NCBI GenBank assembly: GCA_951406725.2
Contig: OX597816.1
Span: 106,578,001 to 106,642,000 of the forward strand
Direction of reading: 5' to 3'
DNA length: 64,000 nt
Source of the DNA: Octopus vulgaris
Taxonomy: Eukaryota
Of the stretch, positions 52,836-64,000 are shown piece by piece; the stretch's first letter is position 1, and every line of letters starts with the position of its first letter. Under the pieces are notes generated by a model. That model was not told where the DNA came from. It saw nothing but the letters and a program-made list of their open reading frames with translations, and ran no database searches. The translations under genes and the position numbers were made by a program.

Positions 52836-55504
52836 TCATTTCCAATTAAGGTTTGTGATCTGTAATCTTTTGGATCTTTTACTGCAAACACTATTCACCA
52901 TGCAGGGATAATTTAAATTATCTTTTCTGCAGGGTCTATGTATCATTTGTTTCTTCACCAAGGAATAAAGATGTGATATTAATGGGTTTTTGGGATTAGG
53001 AAGTTCAGCTGTAACAATTTTATCAATTCCTTGCCATGTGTTGTGATGATTTTGTATTATGAATAAGAAATTGCAATGAGGTAATCCTCTTTTTTGAAAT
53101 TTCACTGTGCTCACAAGAGCAATAAGTTTCTCAAGGAAATAGTTACTAATGCTTTAATTTAAATACACTTGCAGTGATATCTGGTTGGTCATCCACCGTC
53201 TGGCCCATAAAAAAGCTCGTTAACTATTTCATGTCATTTTGGGTTGCATATAAAAGTCAAAAATAAAGTACGTTTGCCAAGTTTTCTAACTATAGTCATT
53301 GCATCCTGGTAGTGTTTTGCCATATATCGCGGACGTCCTGTAAATGAACTTGGCAATATATATATCTACAACCTGTATGATCAATATCACCTGCAAGTAT
53401 AGCATCTTGTAAGCCATTATATAAATCAGCTCTTAAGGTTGCTTGATTGTTACAAACATATTGTAGATAGGTAGATTGTACTTTGGCAAATTGATCTACA
53501 CAGTATTACTGAAACAAACGCTGACCTAATTGCAATATATATTTATAAATCCTGTCCTTTTCCTGATGTGATAACAATAAAATTGAACTATTGAAATTTG
53601 ACAGTTGCCATTTCCATTCTTTAATCCAAGGTGCCACCCATCTAGGCCAGAAGGAAAAAAACATGGGTACATCACTGGGTCATATGATCAATGCGAGTCA
53701 CTTAATATTTGTAAAGATTTTTGGTTTTTCTCTGCTCTGAATTTTGTTACGACCATTCGTTCTGAACAATTTGTTTCCTCATCAAGATTATTTGGTATAA
53801 GAATAGCAAGCTCATTAGAACTTGGTGGATTATATCTCCTTCAGTGTTCCCCATAAGGTTTGCTCCTGCATCAATTTGCTCCTGCATGAATAGAAAAGAT
53901 TGTAAGTATTTCCAGCAGCTATCATAGCAGAATGAATTTTTCGAAATATGTTTACATTGAAGGCTTGGTTTGCATTGTTAAGAGGCATTTTTTCCATTCA
54001 TTTTCTTATTTGTTCTTCATGATCATAGAAATATGTTTGTAAGCTAGACAGGACTGTTCTTATTTGGTTTCTAAGAGCTCCAATAAATCTATAAAGAATT
54101 CCAGGTATTCTGTAAATTGTAATTCTTCTCAGAATTGAAGTGTCATCTACTTTCATAGAACACATTGCCATTGCACTGTTGAACCTTCGAATATTACATT
54201 TGAAATATTTTGCTTCAGGAGTATTAGAAAGAAAGAAATCAGCCAGTTCGTTTGGTAACTCGGTGATATTTTCAATTTTTATTATTCCTGATTTACAGCA
54301 TATACCAAAACTGGGATTGTTCATTGTTCCTCTTGTACACTTTCCAATAAACATCAAAGCATTGCAGTGGCGGCAATGCACTTCCACGAGGCTGCAACGC
54401 CAGTGGGATCCTGTAGAAGTCCATCTATATCATATTGTTGAGCTTTATTAAGAGTCAGCCTATTATTGATTTGCTGATGTCATCTGTGTTGTGCTGCATT
54501 TGTTCGAAAATCTGCTTACGTTGTTCTTGTGGCAGCTGTTGCCTTGCATTTCAATGCTGAACAGCATTTTGTTCTAAGATCTGTTCATGTTGTTCTTGTG
54601 ACAGATGTTGCTTTGCATTTTGATGTTGAACAGCATTTTGTTCTAAAATCTGCCCATGTTGTTCTTGTGACAGTTGTCGTCTTGCACTTTTGTGCTGAGC
54701 AGCATCTTGTTCTAAAATTTGCTTTCTTCGCTCCTATGATTGCGCTAAACGGAGCTGACGCTGTCTTCCCATGCTCCTTTTACATTGCTCTTCCTTCTGT
54801 TCTTGAGTTTGCCTCAATCTTCCTAATTGCTGACTTAAACATTTTGTAGTTCTTCTATAATTGGACCATTCCTCTTCCACGGACAAATCTTAATTAAATA
54901 TTTATTAATTAAATAGAATAGTATGAAAATTAAAAAAAAACATAATAGTGAGACAGGCTATTGTATTATGACAATATTGGCATCTTATTTACACAGCGTG
55001 AGGTTCAAAACAGTGAAAGAAGAAGGAAAAAAAATTCAGTTTCATTTTGACGACAAACGCTATTTCATACATGCAAACATTCATATATTTCCCTTTTACA
55101 CGCACACACACACACATCAACGTTCAGTATTCTATTACACTTCCATAGTACACATGCACACACAAACAATCACATACATTCCTTTTACATACGCATATGT
55201 TCTCTCCCCCTCTCTCTCTCTCTCTTTGTGTCTTTCTGTCTCTCTTTTTCCCCCTCCCCTTCTCAACTCTACTCCTCTACTTCCTTCTCTATCTCTAACT
55301 CTACTATTGTTTTTTTCTCTCTTTATCACCCCTTCCTTCATTATTGATATGTTGTGACAGACTGATACTCTTCCTCAGTATCTCTTTCTTTCTTTAATTC
55401 TTTCTTTCTTTCACTCTCTCTCTATTTCATTCACCTCTTTTCCTCTATCTAATTACTGATGGCTTCGGACAGATGGACAGATGCAGCTCTTGTTATAGTA
55501 TAGA
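52836..55504 (-). mobile_element. Decayed autonomous Helitron, 5' half (23-aa repeats, Zn finger, HUH Rep); helicase missing
   Basis: 5' end TCTATACTATAACAAGAG at 55504; CRHCNALMF...CCKSG; LPSSFTGRPRYMAKHYQDAMTIVRKLGK; LFLTFICNPK; KFQKRGLPHCNFL; MIHRPC; many stops and frameshifts. Confidence 0.93.
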
Positions 55505-55994
55505 AGATTATCATCATTATTATTATTTGCCATTTTACAGGGATATCTGGATAATTGGAGAGGATTACCGTTATTTTGTGCCATTTGAGAACAATGAATA
55601 TTCTCCCAGTTTCTGATAATGGCATTTCTTTAAATACATAAAATAATATCCACAATAAAATTGTAAAGACAGTATTTAAAAAAGGTATTTACAAGCAAAA
55701 TTGTAACAAAATCAAAAGAAGAATAAAATGCTTATGTATCATTTAAAAGCGAAATGGACTTCTGAAATAAATAGTTTTCGAGGATGAGAATTCAGTAGTT
55801 CACTCAATTGAACTATCTGCTCATTGAATTGATGTGTAATTGGCTGAATTCTACACAGGCGGAATCAGCGTGACACAATGTAACAAGGCTGGACAGTTAA
55901 ATTACTGTACTGTAATCCATGTTATGCAATGGGGTCAAAAACTAACCTCAAACTGCAAACCAAACTTCTTAATATATTCTTTCTTCCATTATTT

Positions 55995-56345
55995 TCTGTG
56001 TTTCAATCATTTGACTGCGGCCATGATGGAGCACCGCCTTGAAGGATTTTAGTCAAACAAATCGACCCCCAGGACTTTTTTTGTTTTAAAGCCTAGTACT
56101 TATTCTGTCGATACTTTTGCTGAACTGCTGTTATGGGGACTTAAACATATCAGCACTGGTTGTCAGGTGGTTATGGGGGATACAAACACAGACACAAAGG
56201 CATGCACATATAGACGTAGACCAAATTCACTCAAACAGTTTTGGTTGGCCCATCGCTGTAGTACAAGACACTTGCCAAAGGTACTATGAAGTGGAACTGA
56301 GCCCCAAACCATGTGGTCAAGAAGCAAGCTTCTTACCACAAAGCC
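55995..56345 (-). mobile_element. Family A SINE
   Basis: tgtttcaatcatttgactgcggccatgatggagcaccgcc ... cttcttaccaca. Confidence 0.85.
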
Positions 56346-58029
56346 AAGCTTGGCATGCAGATACTTGCAACTGAGGATGAGCCAAATAGCTCGAAATTTA
56401 GTCAGTCCTGTTATCTGTTAGAGGGTGGTAGGGGTTCGCTCCCCCTGTATGTAAAGGATGCAGAGTGTCGTTCCAATTACCAGCTGGTGGAGAATCTGCC
56501 TGGGGTTAAACTAGCAGTAACATTCAAGTGACTTAGATGTAGTGGGGTGGAGGGTGCAAAAATGTAATATGAAGGTTAAAAAATTGGAACAGAATGTATT
56601 AGGTTAACGCTCAGAAAATGGGGGAGGGGGAAGAAAGAAATAGCCTTACATTTTGGGTATACACTCGTCTTCTGAAAGAAAGGGAGGACAAGGAGAGAAA
56701 AAAACGCAGAAGGAAAATAGAGAAAAGGATTCCCAACTATATGGATCCAGGTTCAGTTCCACTGCATGGCACCTTGGGCAACTGTCTTCTACTATAGCTT
56801 TGGGCTGACCAAAGCCTTCTAAGTGGATTTGGTAAATGGATACCAAAAGAAGCCCATTATGTACACACACGCACACGCACACACAGTGCTATAAGCAGAA
56901 GACACTTGCCCAAGGTGCCACATAGTGGGACTGATCCCACAACTGCGAGGTTAGGAAACAAACTTTTTACCACACAACTATGCTGTATATGAAATATACA
57001 TACATCTATATGTGTATTAGGATATGTGTGTGTGTGTGTTCACAAATACACACACAAGTGCATGCGCAAACACACATATGTAACTTCACATGCATGCACA
57101 TGAACTGAACAATACTAGTTCATGTATTTATATATAATTATTGTTGTTTCTATTGCTGTTACCATTCATTGTGCTATGCATATTGTGAAGCAGAAAGTAA
57201 CAACAGCAAGTGCATTCTACTGTGATAACTGCACACTGCCAATATATTGTGCATATTTTCTGCACATAAATGAATAATAGCAGTTTTTTTTTGTAATTTC
57301 TGATGCTTTTTATGTTAGTTTTTTGTTGTTTTTTTTTGCTTTCTTTTCATAATTTGTAATTTTTTAACCAAAATTGTGCGCTTTATGTATATTCTCTTTT
57401 TGATTAGATATATTTTTCAGTTTTTATTACCAGCCCACCTGCCTAGTGGCAAGTTATCAAAGAGGAATTATGCTAGGAATGAGAGAAAGAGAAAGAGAGA
57501 GACAATGAATAGAAAGAGAGAGGAGGAGAGAGGGAGATAGAGAATGAAAAGAGGAACATGTGAATGCTAGTATTTTTTAAATACTCCCAGGGTTTCTCAA
57601 CATTTCATTCTTTCACTTTTATCTTTAATAAGGCTTTTTGGAAACTTTTATCATCTCTGTTGCAGTGCTGATTTGAAAGTCTGTATTTGTCTTGTAGTTG
57701 TTATTGTTGCTGTGGTTGTTGTTGATATTGTTGTTGTTGTTGTTGTTGTCATCATCGTTGTTGTTCAGCTCCTCGTCAGGCCTGATCAATAAAACCTATG
57801 ATCAAAGGCTTTCCAGTCATGACCGTCTCATTACTTTCAGACACTGTGCATCCATATTGTTTCAATAATATGGAATTAATGGGAATTTTTTTTTTTTTTT
57901 TGATAGTTGAGTGATAATTTAAAGGAGGGATTTAGTTGCTATTTCTAGCTAACTGCATAGAAGCAAACTCCATTGTAGACTTAACTTGAACTATTTAGAT
58001 TTTGGTTGCAATGTTTTAGGTGAATGCTA

Positions 58030-58040
58030 GAAAGGAGAGA

Positions 58041-58106
<66 letters not shown>
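58030..58106. repeat. (GA)n microsatellite
   Basis: Directly visible. Confidence 0.98.
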
Positions 58107-58109
<3 letters not shown>

Positions 58110-59639
58110 AGGGAGACAAGAGGAAAACAGGCAAAATAAGAATGCCTAATTTTTTTTCAGAATCTTTATATTAGTTATTCATTCTTGACTGTTCACTCAG
58201 GTTTTACAAACTTTTACATTCCCTGCTGTGGTGCTGATTTGAAGTTTGAGAATTATGTTGTTTACTTTCTTTGAGAACCCAAGTTCTGTCATGCTATGCA
58301 TGTATACTTGTATGTATGTTTGTCTCTTAATTCTTTGAAATCTTTCTATAAGAAAGAAAGGGCTGTTTTCTATCAAAGAAACAAAGACTCCTATCAATGG
58401 AATTTAAATAATAACATTGAAGAACTAGGTGTTGGAATTTTAGAAAAGTCTTACATATTTTCACTGTTCCACTCATAGACTGAATATACAGAATACTAGT
58501 TAAACAGTATTCTACTTTGCCAGACAGCACCAATTTCTCTGACTATTATTATGACAATTGGTACTATAACCAATTGCATCAATGGTTTATTGGTATAAAA
58601 TGTGAATTTATAATCTGCATAAAGAAACTGTTGGTAGACAATAAATGTTCTTTATCTCTGTAACTAGATTGAAATATTCAAATATGATGGGCAGTTGACA
58701 TCTACAAGGGTACCTAATTTCCCTTTCTCTCTCTCTCTCTGATGTCAGATTACTCTTAGTGCTAAAGCTAACGTAACCCAATGTAAACTATTGTATGGTT
58801 GGGTCATCGGCAAGTAAGCCTGCTTGGTGAGGTAAGTGGTTTTCATTGGACATCCTGCAGGATAAAAATCAAAATCTGTCAAAGGACAGATGAACTCAAT
58901 AGAGTGAATGACCAACCATGAGTGAGAGACCTAGTCTTTGTTTAGACATCTCTCAAGAAGTAGGAAATTCTGAAAGAACACCCATCTCATTGCGAAGTTA
59001 GAGATCTCGCTCTTGCTTGTTTCTGGAATACTTGACATTATAGGTGAGAGTCTTAGTGGTGTTGTGCAAGCTGTTATTGACTTTAAATTTCTGCACAGGC
59101 ATTGCTAACAGCTGTTGTCTTTAACATCTGGGATAAGATAATTTGTCAGTGATGGTCATACTCGTCTGTGTGTTGAGAGTCACCATGTACCATATTTTCT
59201 GGCATTCAAGTCAACATAGTATGTTGTGTTAACATGTAGTGTAAACATTCAAACATCATTTCTAACATTCAAACATCATTTCTATTTTTCTAAATCCTGC
59301 TATACTTCACATGGAATTTTTGGTCCTCCAAAGTCGTCTTGATATACAAGTCAGCCTACATGTTTTATGTGTGCATGTATATACATATGTGTATACACAT
59401 GCTTGACTGCTTGAAATTCAAGTTGTCATGCATGACAGCTGAATGGAAAAATTGATATTTGGTTATATCCCTTTATATTTTGAGAGAGGCCTCAAAAAAC
59501 ATTCTCTAACGGGGATTGTGTCAATCTTTACTTCTTCCACAGCACAAAGACACTATTACTAAGGCATAGCAAGAAACCATCATTACCACCATCACTATAA
59601 ATATGAACAAAATATACGTTGAACCCTCAAGACTGTTAT

Positions 59640-59995
59640 ACATGTTAGATCAATTGCTGGGGTTCTCCTGGCAAATACTCTCCCTCAACATAGCAACAAA
59701 AACCAAAAAAAACTGCATCACAAAGAGTGATCTTCCTCTTTGGCATCAGTATATACTTCAAAATACTTCTGACTACTAACTGTATACAAAGTCCTGATAT
59801 ATCCCACTAATGAATACTGATCCCATATCTGAAACAGTGCTGCTGCTACACACCTGACATCTCAAAGAAAGCCCACCCAGCTGATTAGCATAAAGTCATT
59901 CACCAACACACTAAGTACTCACTTCCCAATGACCTTCAATGAAACTCTAGAATTGCTGAACTAGTGTACCTCAACTTACTGCACCACACTTGCTC
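59640..59995 (+). pseudogene. Very decayed CR1-like LINE RT C-terminal remnant
   Basis: LYKVLIYPLM..Y.SHI*NSAAATHL resembles the LYK..IRP.MEY.S..W motif of CR1-group RTs. Confidence 0.5.
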
Positions 59996-60176
59996 ATAAC
60001 ACCACATATATACATACAAGATGCACACAGGCATGACACACACACTCATACCATACACACACTTTCATGTATTCACTTAACTACACATATATATGTACTC
60101 TTAACTATACTCACTCCCTCAATCACCTACATATATATCCATACAATAAATACATCCTTGATGGCATGCCCACATG

Positions 60177-60387
60177 TACCATATTTTCTGGCATTCAAGT
60201 CAATGTAGTACGTTGTGTAAACATGTAGTGTAAACATTCAATCATAGTTTCTATCTTTCTAAATCCTGCTACACTTCATATGGAATTTTTGGTCCTCCAA
60301 AGTCGTCTTGGTATACATGTCGACCTACTGTTTTTGGCTGTAAACTTTGGTCAGCAAAATTCAATTTGTACACCAGAAAATACAGTA
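60177..60387. mobile_element. Tc1/mariner (pogo/Tc2-like) MITE; truncated sister copy at 59188-59365
   Basis: Termini taccatattttctgg / ccagaaaatacagta with TA ends. Confidence 0.75.
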
Positions 60388-62092
60388 TGTACATTTCCCT
60401 CTACTTTAAAATGGCAGGGTCGCTCATTGTTACCCTTTCAAATTCCAAATATTCTCTAACACCACCTCTTTCTCCCATCATTCCACCAATATGACAAGAG
60501 ATAGCAATATATGACTATTGGTAATAGGATAAAAATAACCCTTTCTACACACCATGTGTAGGAATGAAAGGGATGCACAAATGGAGACAACACAGGGAAA
60601 AGGGGATTTTCTTTAGTCCTGTTACAGACAAGACAACCTATCTGTTGCTAGTGAACAAATGAACATTACATGGCTCTGGTTTATAAGTTCATCCAGGTTT
60701 TAGTTTGAAGTTCAAGTACAGTAATATGCTTGACTGCTTGAAATTCAAGTTGCTTTGCATGAAGGTATGGCAAGTAGTTTTCATCTCCCATACATAAGAC
60801 ACAGGTAAGGTAAAGCCAATATTTCTGGTTTTTCACCTGTGCAAAGATCACAGCATTAACTGTGACTGTTGAATTCTTTTACTTTTGTGACAGTACCTTG
60901 TTTTATTTTGGAGTTGTATTGTTTAAAAGAACACATAACATAACACTTTTACCTTGATTTTCGTCTTATTTTCATTTTATTACACACACACACACCTGAA
61001 TAAATGGGATCCACAGAGGATCACAAGCACATCACAATTATTGGCTGGACAGAATCACAGTTATCATAGTACAGAATGCACCGATAAAGGGAAGTTCACT
61101 GTTATTTGATAATCTGCATCACCAATAGTATCCAAAACTATTCAAAAATGAATGGAACCTAAAACATGGTGTAAAAACATAATAAAAGCAGACAAATGGA
61201 TTATCTGGTATTACTACAATTGTTTTATCAAGAGTCTTCATTGTGATGTAAACATGATACATTCAGGTATGTTGCTTGCATAACGATTATGTGAACAATA
61301 ATCAATACAATTATGTAACACATTATATAACTCCCAAGTCTCAGGCTCACCAAATAAGCAAGTGAGCAGAAACATTGATTAATCAACAGATCATCAAGTA
61401 AAATTTCTAATCAGAATCTACCAATCACAAGAGTGAATAGCAGAATGAGATTGTAAATTAAAGAATAATTAAAAGCACTGCTATCCTAAAGATGTCATTA
61501 AACTTCACAGTCTAGCTCATAAAGGCTGGTTCTGGCAAAACAGGCTTGTATGCCAGCAGGTACAAGGTACCAAGCATGACATTTGACCTTATCAATACAT
61601 ATTTTAAGACAGATGTCAAATTTGTTTTTAAAAAAGCTATTCCCCATGTTGTATTTGCACATTAAGGAGCAACATGGTTAATAAATTCCAGCGCTGCTTA
61701 TTCATTCACTTAATTCATCTAAAATTGATCCAATTAATTATTGCACAACTAACAGAATATTAGTTCTAATTGAGGGAGATCCAGCTAATTATAATTCAGA
61801 GAAAATAATTTAAGGAAAACTGCAGAGAATAGCAAAAGTCACTGCAAAATTTCAGACGAGAAAAAAAAGAAGTGGATGAAGGAAAGAGGAAAATGTTGAA
61901 AATAATTTATAGAGACGGCGATAATCACAATGTTACAATCATAGTGCAAGCCTTTATGAGCGAAGTTACTAAGTTTAATGATATCTTTGACTACATCTGA
62001 CTTTTAACTATTCTTTAAATTACAATATTATTCTGCTATGGTGACTGACAAACTAGAGTCTTATACACTTTACATTTCTTAACAATTGATAA

Positions 62093-62468
62093 CTCTCTTT
62101 TACTATCTTTTACTTGTTTCAGTCATTTGACTGTGGCCATGCTGGAGCACCACCTTTAATCGAGCAACTCGACCCCGGGACTTATTCTTTGTAAGCCCAG
62201 TACTTATTCTATCGGTCTCTTTTGCCGAACCGCTAAGTGACGGGGACGTAAACACACCAGCATCGGTTGTCAAGCAATGCTAGGGGGACAAACACAGACA
62301 CACAAACACACACACACACACACATATATATACATATTTACGACAGGCTTCTTTCAGTTTCTGTCTACCAAATCCACTCACAAGGCATTGGTCGGCTCGG
62401 GGCTATAGCAGTAGATACTTGCCAAAGATGCCACGCAGTGGGACTGAACCCGGAACCATGCGGTTGGT
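62093..62468 (-). mobile_element. Young family A SINE, head truncated at the RTE junction
   Basis: Near-identical to 5710-6065. Confidence 0.92.
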
Positions 62469-62474
62469 TCAGAT

Positions 62475-64000
62475 AAGTCTAAGAAATTTCACTTAATGAT
62501 CTCTTGATTACCAAGAAATTTGATGAGAGGGAAGAGGAACTACAGTCCTCGGACATAGAAGGTAGCTGGAAATTCTTACGGGACAGTTTACTGAGTGCCA
62601 CTGACCAAGCTTATGGATGGTGCAAAGTCCCTTCCAGACCTAGAGTAACATGGTGGTGGAATGATACGGTAGACAATGCCATCAGAGCAAAGAAACAGGT
62701 CTGGAAAGCCTGGAAGGGTGGGGGCAGCAGGGAACAATACCAAATAGCCAAAAAGGAGGCTGGGTGACAGATATACGTAGCCAAGGGTGAAGCAGAAAAG
62801 AAGAAGTTTGCCTATGTCCAGCAACACGAGGACCAAAGAACTGAAGTATTCCAGATTGCAAGACAGTGAGCGAGAGAAAATTGTGATGTCACAGGAGAGA
62901 AATGTGTCCACATGGATGATGGTGCCCTTGCTTTTAATGATTTGCAAAAGATGAGGCTTGGAGAAGCCATTATGAAAGACTATTGAACGTGGAGAATGAG
63001 TGGGAGGAGGAGAGCCTGCCAAATGTTGATCCAGTAGAGGGACTGGCTATCGAAATAGACAGCATCCTGGTAGATAAAGCAATTAAGGATGTGAAGCCAA
63101 GAAAAGCCACCGTCCCATCAGGAATCTCTGCTGAGATACTTAAAACATCCGGTGGTGTGGACTTTGGCCTAGTCACCTGTATTGTAAACCAGGTAGTTCA
63201 TAATGGAGTCATACCCAATGACTGGCATAGCAGCACCATAGCCAACTGCTACAAAGGTAAAGGTAATGCTTTAGATAGAAATATTTACAGAGGCATCAAA
63301 TTGCAGGATCAGGTGATGAAGGTCACGGAGAGGGTCATAACCCAACTAATTAGGGAGAAAGTCTGCTTAGATGAGATGCAGTTCGGTTTTGTGCCAGGTA
63401 GAAGCAAGACTGATGTTATATTTCTGGTACGGCAACTGCAGGAGAAATACCTAGCCAAAGATAAACCCCTATATTTGGATTTTGTGGACTTGGAGAAAGC
63501 CTTTAACAATTCCCCTGTTCCCTTATCTGGTGGGCGATGCAAAAACTGGGGATTGACGAATTGTTAATAAGGGCTGTACATGCCCTATACAGTAATGCTA
63601 TCAAGAGGATTAGGATTGGAAATGAGTATAGTGAAGAATTCTGGGTAGAAGTAGGGGGTCCACCAAAGATCAGGCCTCCATTATTGCCTGGAGGACTATT
63701 CATCATAGTCCTCCAGGCAATAACAGAGGACTTTAAGACACATTGCCCCTTGGAACTGTAGTTGTCGCTGATGCCAGTGCCACCTGACTGGCTCTCCGTG
63801 CCAGTGACATGTAAAAAGCTCCAGCTGAACATGGTCGATGCTAGCCCCCTCGCCCCGACCAGCTCCTTTGCCGGTGCCACGTAAAAAGCACCATCTGAAC
63901 GTGGCCGATGCCAGCCCCCTCTGGCCCCTGTGCTGGTGGCACATAAAAAAAACTGACTACATTCTCGGAGTGGTTGGCGTTAAGAAGGGCATCCAGCTGT
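62475..64000 (+). mobile_element. RTE LINE with internal deletion; runs off the window
   Basis: TWWWND, CYKGKGNALDRNIYRGIKL, QFGFVPGRS, FVDLEKAF; jumps at ~63755 to the 3' UTR repeats. Confidence 0.95.

Overview
This is AT-rich, microsatellite-dense eukaryotic genomic DNA. The repeat repertoire (tRNA-headed SINEs, RTE and CR1 LINEs, Helitrons, mariners) looks like a cephalopod, probably Octopus; this is recognition of repeats, not a database result. Most of the window is intronic or intergenic and packed with decayed transposons. The one well-supported host gene is on the minus strand. It has a 240-nt exon (29249-29488) encoding a p75NTR/NGFR (TNFRSF16)-type transmembrane and juxtamembrane region, and a phase-compatible terminal exon (25884-26083) that ends without a death domain. 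No TNFR cysteine-rich exons were found in the window. Other points of interest: several fold-back elements, a candidate solo LTR hosting two inverted modular SINEs, an RTE RT with a PHD finger inserted in it, a decayed Helitron with 23-aa repeats, Penelope remnants and hammerhead-like motifs. Most ORFs in the supplied track are microsatellite or repeat artefacts. Boundaries of decayed repeats are approximate.
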